Origin: Eledone cirrhosa
Lineage: Eukaryota
DNA length: 64,000 nucleotides
NCBI GenBank assembly: GCA_964016885.1
Contig: OZ024741.1
Span: 145,390,001 to 145,454,000, forward strand
Direction of reading: 5' to 3'
This document shows, one piece after another, positions 25,505-38,135 of this stretch. Made by a program: the position numbers and the translations under genes. The notes below the pieces were generated by a model. The model searched no databases. It was given only the letters and a program-made list of their open reading frames with translations, and had not been told where the DNA came from. Numbering within the stretch: the first letter of the stretch is position 1; each line of letters starts with the position of its first letter.

Positions 25505-26300
25505 ATGGTTTTTCCTTTTGTAAGATTTCTCTAGCAATCAGTTGCTAGGAGAAGTGTGTTAATTGGCCTCAGATCAGTCCCTGCTATCAGAGGCTCAATA
25601 TATCGAATAGGATTCTGGCAGTGCTAGTGATGGTAGAAATTAGAGCACTGCCTATGAAGTCAGGGATCCCAAGGCTTTTGATAAAAGACATTTAGGGACT
25701 GTGCCTTGTGCCCCAATGATGATTTGCATGACATCTGTCTCTATGCGGTGATCAGTTCTAATAGCATCTGCAAATTCTGCATACTTATTGATCTTTTCCA
25801 TTTCCTTTTCAGTGACATTGTGGTCTTGGACGTTGTGATCTTGATCTCAAGGTTCCAAAATAACTCTACTCCTTCACCTGATAGTCAAGATTGAAGAGGT
25901 GTATGTTTGTATCACTGACATTCCATTTCTATATTGTATTTTTTGCACAACTCCCAATGGACTCTTTTTGATATAAGATCTTGTTGGATTTTATAATGAC
26001 TTTTGTTAATTGTTCACATCCACGAGTAATATGTGCCACAGATTCGTCTTCTCTGCAAAGTGAGGAGCAATTTTATCCATCAATGTCAGCTTTCACTCAA
26101 TTGGTTCTGAGTGGCTGGTCTTATACAGCTGTAATAAAAGCATCAGTGCTCTTTTTAACCCAACCTGACCTCAACCAAACCCAAGACCTAGGATCAGCAA
26201 TGCCTTTAATGACAGCTGGAAATTTGTCAGGAAAAGACTTTTCTTTCCAAGCCTGTTTGTTGTATGCTTTCTTACCTTGACTTTCTGTTTTAAAGTTTTC
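25505..26300 (-). mobile_element. R4/Dong-like non-LTR retrotransposon 3' remnant (CCHC + restriction-like endonuclease region)
   Basis: WKEKS...SWVWLRSGWVKKSTDAFITAV*DQPLRTN...LCREDESVAHITRGCEQL, with many stops. Confidence 0.8.
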
Positions 26301-26306
26301 CTTTAA

Positions 26307-26548
26307 TAATAATAATAATAATAATGGTTTCTTATATAGGCATAAGACCAGTAATTTTTTTTTTATATTGAGGGGGAGAGTCGATGAAATCAACCCCAGT
26401 GTGTGACTGGTACTTTATTTTATCAACCTCGTAGGAATAAAAGGCAAAGCCTATCTTGGTGGGATTTGAACTCAGAATGTAAAGGAAGTAACTATATGTT
26501 GCAAAGCATATTTTCCGATGTTTTACTGATACTGCCAATTCACTACCC
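26307..26548 (-). mobile_element. tRNA-derived SINE (family A)
   Basis: Reverse-complement match to 11909-12102; (TAA)n tail on the plus strand. Confidence 0.85.
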
Positions 26549-26622
26549 TTATACTACTACTACTACTACTAAAAAAAAAAAAAATAATAGTAATAGTAAT
26601 AATGATAATAATAATAATAATA

Positions 26623-27385
26623 GCGGAGAGCTTACCATCAACCACCTCCTCTTCATGGACCATCTTAAACTCTTTGGGAAGAGTGAGAAGGAGTTGGATG
26701 TACTTGTTGACACTGTTCGTATTTTCAGCAATGATATATGTATGGAATTGGTATTAATAAGTGTGGAGTCCTAGTGATGAAGAGGGGTAAATTGAGCAGA
26801 AGCAACGGAATCCAGGTACCAACAGGGGAGATGATAACGGAAATTGACACTGAGGAGGGATACAAATATTTAGGTGTTCTGGAAGCAGATGACATCAAGA
26901 ACAAAAAAAAAGGAATTGATAAGATCTGAGTATATAAGGAGAGTAAGGAGCATATTAAAATCACATCTAAATAGTAGGAATGTCATAAGTGCAGTAAATT
27001 CCCGAGCTGTGTCTATTATTAGGTACAGTGCAGGAATTCTGAAATGGAATGTTGCTGAACAAAAAGAAATGGATTGGAAGACTAGGAAGCTAATGACTAA
27101 CCACAACATGTTCCACAAGAGGAGTGATGTCGATAGACTCTACTTAAGGAGATCTGAAGGTGAAGAGGTCTTATCAGCATAGAGGATTGTGTTCAGATGG
27201 AGAAAAACAACCTGCACAAATACGTGACTGACAGTAAGGAGCCAATGCTCAAAATTGTACTGAATGAGAAGACAATAGACCAGGAGATAATCAAGGAGGA
27301 AATAACAACAAGGAGGAAGAGCAACCTTCATGAAAAATCCCTTCATAGTACCTTCTTTAGAAAAACTGAATTTAGAGATCCAACT
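26623..27385 (+). mobile_element. R4/Dong-like RT fragment
   Basis: INHLLFMDHLKLF (FMDD motif mutated)..FSNDI..KCG..YKYLG..EYIRRVRSILKSHLN..AVN..RYSAG..KTRKLMT..DVDRLYL. Frameshifted; begins after (TAA)n. Confidence 0.88.
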
Positions 27386-27399
27386 GCATCCAACTGCCA

Positions 27400-28915
27400 T
27401 CCAACTGCATCGTTTGGTGCAGGACAGATGGACTGGTTAAATTGCTCAGTCTGATTTGGTTAAGTCCTCCAAATGGAAACAAACTGGGATAAGGTAATAA
27501 ACAGTCCAGCCATTCTCACCTGTAAATGGTATGAGAGGAAGCTATCCCTGAGAGTTTAGGCAGAGGTGGTGACAACGTCATTGCATCCATCATTTACTAC
27601 TGCCTGATCATCATGCCTTGTCTTGGTCCACGTCTGAATGCACTGGGTGTTTGCTCTTTCACTTTTTGTGGAAGGAATGCATGCCAATGGTCAGATGGTT
27701 CATTTACTGTCAAAACCCACTGCATGGAGGACTGGGCATGCATTGGCTAATGATGCACAAGCATGTGCTGAGGCTATGACATCTTCAGCTTTTCATGACA
27801 GTGAATAGGTGTGGTTGCTGTTTGCTAGATGCATTTTTTCCCCCAGCTCATCTTGATGAAACTGTAGTCCTGGATGAAGAAAAGGCCAAGAGGGAGGAGC
27901 ACTTGAAAATTTCAAGTGCCCACAGTTCTCTGCTAATCAGACAGTACAATCACTGGAAACTCCACTTTGGCATTTTATGTAGGATTAGTGGCAGGTAAAA
28001 GTGATGACATTATTGGGGACAATCTTGGCATCAACAAAAATAAATTAACCAATGTTTTTCAGAGGACTTTTATTCCAGGGCTCATGGATAACTTCCAGAA
28101 ATCTCTGGCCTGGCAGTATTACTTGGGGGCATTGCTAGTTCAACATAAAATCTAAAGGCATGAAAGTGCTGTCAGCTGCTCCTGTCTGAGATGCTCGCAG
28201 AGCGACAAAACTGTCCTGCATGCACTGGTTGAGTGTCTGAGTATTGCTGACTTGTAGGTTTATGTTGAACACCTGCTGTTACATGTAGAACTGATTCAGC
28301 TCTCAACTGAGTCTATTGTGAGGATCACCCCACAACTTTCCTTTAGCTTGGAAGGGCTGGCAGTATTTATCTGCCTGGTGGCTATGGCGAAAGATGCTGT
28401 ATGGTGGACATGTCTGAAAGGGTTGAAGACAAGCACTATCTTCTTTGGCAAAGCCCTGATTAACTTCTTCAGGATTCTCTTGAAGAGATAACTCAGGGTG
28501 GAGAAGTAAGTGCAGCCTTCCAACCAATTCTTTGAAAGGTAGGTGAAAGTGGTAAGCATGGTCTGAGTGAAAGGGCCTGCTCTGTGTGTGTAGCTGTAGT
28601 TTGTAGAAGTACAACTGGGAGAGGGCCCTTGCCCTATCGATCTGAGCAACCATGGGTTTTTGAGGGCTTTTTCCCCTGAGTGACCCATAGTCGTTTGCCC
28701 CTATTGGAGAATTTTCTTTTATTCAAATTTTTATGATTGTTGCTTTTGATAAACATTTTTTTTTGCTTGTTAAAAAAGGTTTATTCTGCATGAATGTAAA
28801 CTATGGAAGGCTTTTAAAGCATGTTGTAAGATTGAAATATAAGAAAATATATTACTTATGAAAGAATTGTGAGAAATTTGTAATATTAGTTATACAACTG
28901 TGAATAAAGTAATAT
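27400..28915 (+). mobile_element. Tx1/L1-clade LINE ORF2 C-terminal remnant with 3' UTR
   Basis: RKLSLRV..; SLAWQYYLGALLVQHKI..CLRCSQSDKTVLHALVEC (zf-RVT-like CCHC); LVAMAKDAVWW..LINFF. AATAAA at 28903. Confidence 0.8.
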
Positions 28916-28940
28916 TTCTCCCATAATATATATATATATG

Positions 28941-28987
<47 letters not shown>

Positions 28988-28988
<1 letters not shown>

Positions 28989-29370
28989 CTGACATTAATC
29001 CTGCCTTCTCTTCTTCTTCCTTCCCCCTTTTTCTCTCTCCTTCCTTTCTTTCTTTCTTTTATCTTGTGGCATGAGATTGACGCTAACTTATGTTCCCATC
29101 CCTTTCTGTTTTCGTTTATCAGACCGGTAGTAGCACACTGTAAACTTTAGCCATGTCACTCGAGGGCTGAGGTTGAAGGAGCAGGATAGCGGTCGCCCTC
29201 GGGTCCTCGATTTTCAGCCCCATGGATTTTATCTATTGCATTCACGTATTATATTTTGAATACCTGATGATATCACCAGATTCATACGGAACCCGGTCAT
29301 TGAAATGATCATAGTATAATAAACCTTTCAAGGATTTACACAAATCCAGCCTCCTGTCATTTCATTATAA
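28988..29370 (+). mobile_element. Probable Penelope-like pseudo-LTR with a degenerate hammerhead
   Basis: Lies between (TA)n arrays. Contains CTGATGA..GGAACCCGGTC (29264-29299), resembling the GAAACCGGTC palindromic stem III of PLE hammerheads. Confidence 0.4.
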
Positions 29371-29503
29371 TTATATATATATATATATATGAATGTATGT
29401 ATAGTATATTTGGCAATATACAAACTATTTTGAAGACCATATGCTATCGGTTTTAAAGTAGTGACTATGTCACTTACTTCTTTTTTGGCGAAAGAAGGGA
29501 GAG

Positions 29504-29546
29504 AAGCTAACAATCTGTTTCCCGCTGTTTGGTGATCATCAGAGCC
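29504..29546 (-). ncRNA. Type I hammerhead ribozyme (copy 1)
   Basis: Minus: ggct CTGATGA t cac caaaca gcg g GAAA ca gat tg T T agct. Core intact; one stem II mismatch. Confidence 0.72.
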
Positions 29547-29814
29547 ACGCACTCCCTCTTCCACCGAAAATTATAGAAGCTGGATTCTTATAGAATTCCA
29601 GTAATAATCAGGAGCTGATTATACAGAGCGATTGCCGGTCCAGCAAAATATATATATTAGGATTGGTGCTCTGAAATAGCGATGTATACATGAATGTATG
29701 TATAGTATATTTGGCAATATACCGTATGTTTAATTAAAAACATTTTGAAGACCATACGCTATCAGTTTTAAAGTAGTGACTATGTCACTTCTTTTCGGCG
29801 AAAGAAGGGAGAGA

Positions 29815-29856
29815 AGCTAGCAGTCTGTTTCACGCTGGTTGGCGATCATCAGAGCC
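29815..29856 (-). ncRNA. Type I hammerhead ribozyme (copy 2)
   Basis: Minus: ggct CTGATGA t cgc caacca gcg t GAAA cagactg C T agct. Stem II intact; U16.1 is mutated to C. Confidence 0.65.
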
Positions 29857-30004
29857 ATGCACTCCCTCTTCCTCCATCACTACTTTAAAACTGATAGCGT
29901 ATGGTCTTCAAAATGTTTTTAATTATACTAATACACTATACATACATTCATGTATACATCGCTATTTCAGAGCACCAATCCTAATACACAATATATATAT
30001 ATAT

Positions 30005-30305
30005 AAAGAAGTTTTATTCACAGTTGTATAAAAAACATAATAATATAATGCTTACAGAACGAAGACACAAACAAAAATAATATATAGAAAGGAAAGGGAA
30101 AGGAAAAAAAGAAAGAGGAAAAGATAGAGAAAAAATCCTCCACATAAGCAGGAAATACACACAGTAAGGACCACATACATCAAAAGGCAGGCAAAAGGGG
30201 TGGACAAACAAGCCGCTACCAGAGCAAAAAATAACAAGCAGCGTTACTCCAGGTGATGGCGTGGCTGATGTGCTGAAACAACCAAGCGCCCTCACGAGCA
30301 TCACC
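30005..30305 (-). mobile_element. Probable Tx1/L1-type 3' UTR
   Basis: T-rich minus strand ending TATACAACTGTGAATAAA, identical to the Tx1 remnant end at about 28891-28908. Confidence 0.5.
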
Positions 30306-30478
30306 AGTTACCTCTGTTAAGCGAGCCACCAGTGAAGAGTCTTGCAGTCAGTAGCCCGACAATAAAATGCACATTGTGCCATCCTGTGCTATCTTTAAAG
30401 TTTTCTTTATGTGAGCCCTCTGTAGCTAATAAAGAAATCAGTATTATTAATATTATTATTATTATTATTATTATTATT

Positions 30479-30712
30479 AGGGTGGTGGATTAACAGTATC
30501 GGTAGAGGGTCGGACGCCACGCTTTGGAGCATAGAGTTACAGCCCTTTACGATCTGAGTTCAAATCCCACCAAGGTTAACTTTGCCTTTCATCCTTACGG
30601 GGTCGATAAAACAAAGTACCAGTCACGCACTGGGGGCGATTTAATCAACTTTCCCCTCCCCCTAAATTGCTGGCCTTGTGCCTATATAAGAAACCATTAT
30701 TATTATTATTAT
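30479..30712 (+). mobile_element. tRNA-derived SINE (family A)
   Basis: B box GAGTTCAAATCC, conserved body, (TTA)n on both sides. Confidence 0.85.
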
Positions 30713-32307
30713 CATTTATGATATTTGTATTTTGAAATATGCAGACAACTCTTAAGACACCTCCCTACCCACAAAATTGAATTATTACCAAATTTTATTT
30801 GGTAAACATGTTTTTCTTTGTTGAAGTATTTGAAGTAAATGTCTATTTCAATACCTTGGAAAGAATGAAAATGTGGGTGTTTTTGCAGATAAATTATATT
30901 TTTCCTTTCGTGTTTACTTTCTTTACAATCTAGCTTTCCATTCTAAAGAATTGGGAAATTCCCACAAGAAAATCAGCCAACAGGTTAACCCTTTTGATAC
31001 CAAACTGTTACTGTTCCTTATTAGCAGTAAATCTCCCAGAGGATGGTGTATTGCTCAAGATTTTAAAATAATATGTTGTCATATTCATATTTACTCTAAA
31101 GGTTGCTATATATTTCATTGTGATGCTAGAGTAAGATTTCCTTCACTCTCTCAAACCTCATTTCTTGCAAGTTGAATATAATCTTGTAGCATAGAAACTA
31201 TTTATCAATGCAAGAATGTCATATGATTTCCTTGTATTTGATACTTAACCAAATATTGGAATTGTCAACACCTGTGCTAATACTGCTGTTATAATCATCT
31301 ACCATCCACATCCATTATTGATATTAGGACTGATGACATCATCAGATCAATTGGTAGAGGTGTTAAAACTATAGATAGAATGCCATGCAATATTTGTTTC
31401 AGCTCATAGCACCACAAGTTCAAATCTTGTTGAGGTCAACCTTGCTTTTCATTCTTTCTAGATTGATAAGTAAATTATTAGTCCATTACTGGAAGAAATC
31501 AGCTGTGTTAACATCCTGAAGAGTGGTAGGGTCAACCAGATATAATGTACATCATAATGGTGCTTATATGACTCCATCAGGAGTTAAGGACCATGAATGG
31601 ATGTACCATCACTGCCACCACAAACACCAACAACACCATTGTTATTATCAGTAACAACATCTCCACAATTTTTCTTACTAGTGTTACCATTACCACCACC
31701 AGAACCACCACCACTGATCATAAAACAACAATTCCACTATTAATACAACTCACTACCTCATCCACTACTACTATTGTTAGCTCTATTAATGCCCCCTACT
31801 ACCATTGTCACCATTAATGTAATCACTACCACTATCACTATTACAATGAATATAATGTAAATTTGTGAAATATAAGTAATATGAAAGAAATAATATAATG
31901 TATAAGAAATAGATTTGAGAACTTCCTACAGTAGCAATGTCAGAGGATGTAGCTTGTTAGAATCCTCACATCTTCTACTATTAACAGATATTTTCCTACC
32001 ATTCTAACACATTAAATAAATAGATTTCACTGTCGTCATCATCATCATCACCATCATCATCATCATCGTCATCACCATCACCATATCATCATCATCACTG
32101 CCATCATCATCATCTTTCCTCCTCTTCCTTTTAATTCTTCTTCTTTCAGAGAGTTAAAGAAATGGAATAGCTAATGCTATATAAACACAACCAGGGCTTA
32201 ATCAACCTTGACAGGATAACCTGGCTGAAGGTGTCTTATGTTAAAAGGCCTGAAACATATGGTGATCCCAGATAACATCACTGACTATGTGGTCAGGTAC
32301 ATCACAC

Positions 32308-32686
32308 ATCATCATCATCATCATCATCATCATTTTACGTCCGCTTTTCCCTGCTTGCAAGGGTGGGACGGGTCTTATTTAGCACAGCATCTCTCCACTT
32401 GTCACAGTCCTTCGTCATCTCCACCGTGAGCTTCAATGATCTGAGGTCTGTTCTCACCACCTCCGCCCATGTTTTTCGTGGTCTACCTCGACCATGTCTT
32501 CCTTCAACTGGTATTTCCTGGCACTTCTTCACCCATCGGTCATCCTCCATGCGCATCACATGTCCATACCACCTCAGTCTCCTCTCTCGCACACTACATT
32601 CTATCCCGCTCAAACACAGTTTCTCTCTCAACACATTCATGCTGGGTCGTTCACGCACATTGACATTGCACATCCAACGGAGCATA
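32308..32686 (-). mobile_element. RTE LINE 3' fragment, short-tail subfamily
   Basis: MLRWMCNV..RRLRWYGHVMRMEDD..GRPRKTWAEVV..KTRPTLASREKRT*, running directly into the (GAT)n tail. Confidence 0.92.
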
Positions 32687-33077
32687 TAAGAAAATATTTG
32701 TTAATTTTACATTTCTGCCACTGCTTATAAATAAATATATAAATAGATAATTAGTTTTCCTGTACGATAGTATTTACACATTGCTAGGGGAGCTGGTTTG
32801 TTGTCTTCACTAAGGATGCTATGCAGTGTCTGCTGTCAGGATATGAATTGGTTACTACTTGGCCAATTATTCTGACAATTATTCGCTAGTTATTCTGCTC
32901 TGGGGTGATTGTGATAACACTAAAAATGAAGAGTTATTCTTAAGACTGTGCAATACCTTGTGACTGCAATTTGGTTGATAGACCCTGTGCAAGAGCCTTG
33001 AGAGAGATTGAAAAAGGAAGAGAGTGTGTGTGTATGTGTGCAAGTGTGTATGAGTGTGCAAGTGTGTGTGTGTGTAT

Positions 33078-33209
<132 letters not shown>

Positions 33210-33711
33210 ATGCACTAATATCCTTCAGAAAGAAAACAGTCAAATGAAGTCTGTTGGCAGTTACAAATTAACTTACATGAAAGGCAGAACAAAACTCAGC
33301 TGTGAGCGTAGCTGGTTATTAAAGCTTTTAATACCAAACCACCTTTCGTTCTATGACACAAAACTTTATTTTATTTATCTGAAAGCTTCAACTATAATTT
33401 TATGTAAGAGCAGTTTTGTTAAGTTACAACAACTTAATAATAAGAAAGTTAGTTATATTAATAAATCCCTTCAAATTTGAAAATTGTAGGAGAAAATACA
33501 GTACAAAAATGGTTAAAGGCATCAGTTAATATACATACAAGAGAGATAACTATGCTGGTACGGGCAAATATGTAAGTGTATTATGAACATTAGGCCAAAA
33601 ATTTACCTATATTGATAGTGGAAGGAACAAGTTTTCAGGTGGAAAAAGAAGGGAGACAAATGGATAGAAAATAATGGGGCCAGAGCTCATAAAAATCCTG
33701 GTCTTTACAGA

Positions 33712-33903
33712 TAATATCATTGTTTCTACTTTTGGCACAAGGCCAGCAATTATCCCAGGCATTACTGGTACTTTATTTTATCAACCTTGAAAGGATGAAA
33801 GGCAAAGTTGACCTCGGTGGGATTTGAACTCCGCGAGCAGAGAGCAGGAACGAATACTGTAAAGCATTCTATCCGATGTTCTAATGACTCTGCCAATTCT
33901 CCA
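33712..33903 (-). mobile_element. tRNA-derived SINE (family A)
   Basis: Reverse-complement match to the other copies. Confidence 0.85.
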
Positions 33904-33986
33904 AAATGAGTGACAATAGGCTATATAAAGCACAAACCTGTGTAAACTACAAAAGTATGGAAAACTTTAAATCAATGAAGTTAAGA

Positions 33987-34552
33987 ATGATGGTGATGAT
34001 GGTGATGGTGATGATGGTGATGGTGATGGTACTGATGATTGATTCTGATAATTACAGCGATGATGACATATCCAAACATACATATTACCAGTTACAGTTC
34101 AGTGCAATGAAAATGGTGATGTTGATGAAAATGATTGTGAGGGTAATGGTAGTGACGATTGCAATGATGTTGATGATGGTGGTGATGATGCTATAAGCTA
34201 TGGTGATTGTTGATGAAAATGATTGTGATGATGGTAGTGCTGGTGATGATGGTAGTGATGATGACAATGATGTTGATGATGAGGCTGATGACTATAAGCT
34301 ATTGTGATGTTGACGAAAATGATTGTGATGATGATGATGGTAGTGGTGGTGATGATGATAGTGATGTTGATGGTGATGATGATGATGACTGAGCTATGAT
34401 AATGTTGATGAAAATGATTGTGATGATGATGATGGTGGTGGTGGTAGTAACAATGAGAATGATGTTGACGGTGATGATGATGTTGATGACTATAAGATAT
34501 GGTGGCTATGAAAACAATGATGACATGTCCAGACATACATATTACCAGTTAT
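33987..34552. repeat. (GAT/GGT)-rich array with ~100-bp higher-order units
   Basis: Recurrent CTATAAGCTATGGTGATTGTTGATGAAAATGATTGTGA-like anchor; bounded by a direct repeat at 34060-34093/34519-34552. Confidence 0.8.
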
Positions 34553-34789
34553 TATATTAAAAGATTTAGGTGAGGCAAACATTATTTTATAAACAATCTT
34601 GAAAACTAAAAAAAAAAAAAATTGAAATCACTATTGAATAATAATTTTGCTTCGTCACCAATTAATGTGATTATTAATAATTTAGTGGGCATGTGTAATT
34701 AGCTATTTTCATAATTAAGACTAGATTAATCAATGTAGAAATGCTTAATCTAGAAAGAAGTTGAAGAGGATGGCGGAGGTAGTATTGAT

Positions 34790-34875
34790 GTGTGGAGAAA
34801 TAACAAGTGTACAAAATAAATCAACAACAAAATAAAGTGTGGAGAAATAGTGTACAAAATAAATCAACAACAAAA
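34790..34875. repeat. Tandem duplication of about 40-45 bp
   Basis: GTGTGGAGAAATA(ACAA)GTGTACAAAATAAATCAACAACAAAA twice. Confidence 0.9.
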
Positions 34876-35292
34876 ACACAGAAAGCTAGAATAGTAAACA
34901 ACAACAACAAACTTATCTGTATGATTCTAGTTTGTTGAAACATTACATCTAGTGAAAAACTTGCTTTTATGTGGAATTTGAAGTATCAGTGCTAATGTAT
35001 ATTGTGTATGTGTATGAGTATTTTAGCCAGTCTCTGTAGGTGTTTTAACACATATCTATGTATTTGTGTACACACATTCTTTTATTATTTTACTAATTTC
35101 AGTCATTATCATCCAGGGGCACTGACTTCATTTGGTCCCTTATATCAACCCCACTAATTATTTTTCAAGTTTGGTACTTATCTTATCAATCTCTTTTTGT
35201 TGAATTGCTAAGGTATGGAACATAAATACAGACAGATACACACACACCACATACATTTATATAATGAAGGGTATCAAGCTTAATGCACAAAA

Positions 35293-35410
35293 ACTGTAGT
35301 GATTTCCAGAGGTTGCCTTCCATCACTTGTGAACACAGCCCTGAGATACTTGAACTTCCCTACCTGCTTCAGTGAAACTCCATTCACAAGTAGAGTGTAC
35401 TGCGCAATCA
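35293..35410 (-). mobile_element. Small RTE-type RT thumb fragment of a different family
   Basis: Minus: TLLVNGVSLKQVGKFKYLRAVFTSDGRQ, matching the LEQVxxFKYLGxxxxxDG motif; no PHD insert. Confidence 0.6.
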
Positions 35411-35995
35411 AGACCCATTTTACAAAATACAATCAATTTGCTACAAATTAATTAATCATCTTAAACTAGTCAATTAATAATATATCATACCTATATTTAC
35501 AAACTAAACAGTGTAAATACAAAAAACAATGCTGACAATAGATTATATTACCTAAAACAAAATATTAAACATATCTTTAAAAAGAAATATATATATATAA
35601 ATATATATATATATAAAGTGGTGAGTTGATGCACAAAGATGCTATAAAATAGCTTATAAAATAGGGTGAAGACACTTAGAAGCAGAAAAAATGTTCCCAA
35701 TGGCTGTTGTGAGGAATCAAATCTCTTATCCCCCAGATATCGATATTGAGAGATACGAGGTTTGATTCTTCAGAGCAGCCAATGGCAACTTATTTTTCTG
35801 TTTCTAAGGGTCTTCATCCTATTTTATAAGATATTTTATAGCATCTCTGAACATGAGTACACAACTCTTTATATTGACTTTATCCCCTCAGCACTTTGTA
35901 AAAGTCCAAGAGATCAGCTATGCATGTGTTTGTTTATATCTATATAAATATACATACATATATACACACACACACATATCTATATATACATATAC

Positions 35996-37497
35996 AATTA
36001 ACAATGAATATTGTAAAGAATTTAGTGTAAAAGTTGGTGTTCACCAAGGCTCTGTCCTTAGCCCCCTCCTATTTATTATTGTCCTTCAGGCTATAACAGA
36101 GGAGTTCAAGACCGGCTGCCCATGGGAACTCCTATACGCAGATGATCTAACGCTCATAGCTGAATCAATGGCTGAACTAGAAAAGAAATTCCAAACATGG
36201 AAGCATGGCCTAGAATCAAAAGGCCTTAAAGTTAACTTGTCTAAGACTAAAGTCCTAGTTTATAGAAAGGAAAATAAGGCACAGGTACCTTCAGGGAAAT
36301 GGCCTTGCTCAGTGTGTAGAGAAGGAGTAGGCAGAAATTCAATTTTATGTCCCAAATGCAAAGTATGGGTACATAAAAGATGTAGTGGGATCACAGGTAA
36401 ACTATCTAAGAACATAGATTATATATGTGGCCAATGCTCTGGTGCAATAGGTAGCAAATGTCCACAGGATACTAGCCCCTTCTATTGCTCAGATGGTTCT
36501 ATAGAAATAGTAGACACTTTCCGTTACCTGGGTGACGAAATCAGCAGTGGTGGAGGGTGTTCTGAAAGTACAGTAGCCAGAGTCAGAACGGGATGGGAAA
36601 AGTTCAGAGAGCTTATACCGCTGTTGGCCACAAAACGTTTCTCTCTAAAAATGAAAGTCAGATTGTATGATGCTTGTATACGAACATGCTAGTGAGACAT
36701 GGGCATTGCGTGCAGAGGACATGCGTAAACTGGAAAGGAACAAAGCATGCATGCTCCATTGGATGTGTAATAGTAATATACGTGAATGGCAAAGCATAAA
36801 TGAACTAAGTGAGAAATTAGGAATAAGAGGGATCAGATGCTGTTTACTCGAGAGAAGACTACGTTGGCATGGCCACGTGATGCACATGAAAGACGACAGC
36901 TGTATAAAAAGTGCAGGGTGATCAAAATTGATGGTAGTTATGGAGTAGGTAGACCCAGAAAAACCTGGGACAATCTGATAAATTCCGACACACTTGCACC
37001 TCTCTAAGACAATGTCATTGGACCGAGATCTTTGGCGCTACGCAATAATACAGAAGACCCGCCTTGCCTATGTACAAAGCGAAACCTACAGTCAGTAGGC
37101 ACCTCTTAACCAAATATACACGCCAATCCACTACCCCTACCCTATCCTCCCACTCCCACCAACACCACCCTCTCTCTATAAAGTTGGTACCACAACATCC
37201 TGTCCAAATAAATGAGATAAATGAGATCGAGATCGAGATCATGTAGGTGTCACGAGAAAAAACACACAGTCTACGCTGTAATGTGGCCGTGTAGGTAACA
37301 TGGTAAAAAGTTCCCAGTTCCACACTGTAAATGTGGTTGGTGTTAGGAAGGCCATCCAGACGTAGAAAACCTGCCGGATAGTCCTATATGAGCGAGACAC
37401 GGTCACCCGACCAACCTTGCCTCAAGTGGGACAACTCCCGTGTAACCCATGCTAGCGTGGAAAGTGGACGTTAAACGAGGATGATGATGATGATGAT
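35996..37497 (+). mobile_element. 5'-truncated RTE LINE
   Basis: GVHQGSVLSPLLF, LLYADDL, PHD-like finger, FRYLG, frameshifts, 3' UTR, (GAT)n tail. Confidence 0.95.
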
Positions 37498-37936
37498 ACC
37501 TATGTGGACGATGATGGTGATGAAATAATGATATATATACATGTATGTATATATATGGTTTGGACCGTAACTCCTGATAGAGTCATAGGGCACCGTATTG
37601 ACATAGTGTTTTAGGGGGCATTTTGGGCCTGGTAGAACCAATCCTCTCCAGGCCTGAGAACAGCTGATTTCGTTTAGAGAGAGGAAGAATCAACCCAGTA
37701 CTAGACTGGTACTCCAAATGATGAAAGGCAAAGTTGATCTCGGTGGCATTTGAACTCAGAGATCTTGAATGAATACTATAAAGCATTCGATCTGACATCC
37801 TAACGACTTTGCCAATTTGTGGCCTATGAATATACATATATATATATATTGACAGTTGATCAACTTTTGTCAAATTGGACCGAGGAAACAATGTGTCCAT
37901 TGCTGATACTATCTATTGGTCACAACGTCAGGTAGA

Positions 37937-38052
37937 AGGAGCAATGGGAAATAAAGTGTCTTGCTCAAGAATATAGTGCATCACCCGGTTCAGGAATCGA
38001 ACTCACAACCTCACGATTGTGAATCCAATTCTCTCACCACTCAGCCATGTGC
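37937..38052 (-). mobile_element. tRNA-derived SINE (family B)
   Basis: Minus: A box TGGCTGAGTGG, B box GAGTTCGATTCC, then TTGAGCAAGACACTT. Confidence 0.8.
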
Positions 38053-38086
<34 letters not shown>

Positions 38087-38101
38087 ATTTATATATATAT
38101 A

Positions 38102-38130
<29 letters not shown>

Positions 38131-38135
<5 letters not shown>

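Larger units (their letters stand above)
29388..29987 (-). mobile_element. Penelope-like/retrozyme-like locus: tandem direct repeats plus an inverted tail
   Basis: Direct repeats 29388-29563 and 29690-29873 each carry a hammerhead. 29877-29987 is the inverted copy of 29655-29779. Confidence 0.82.

Noticed and set aside
25505-27385. Divergent R4/Dong fragments as one twin-primed, inverted element
   Set aside because: They overlap in the EKS..F..DP region with clearly different sequences, so they are separate families or insertions.
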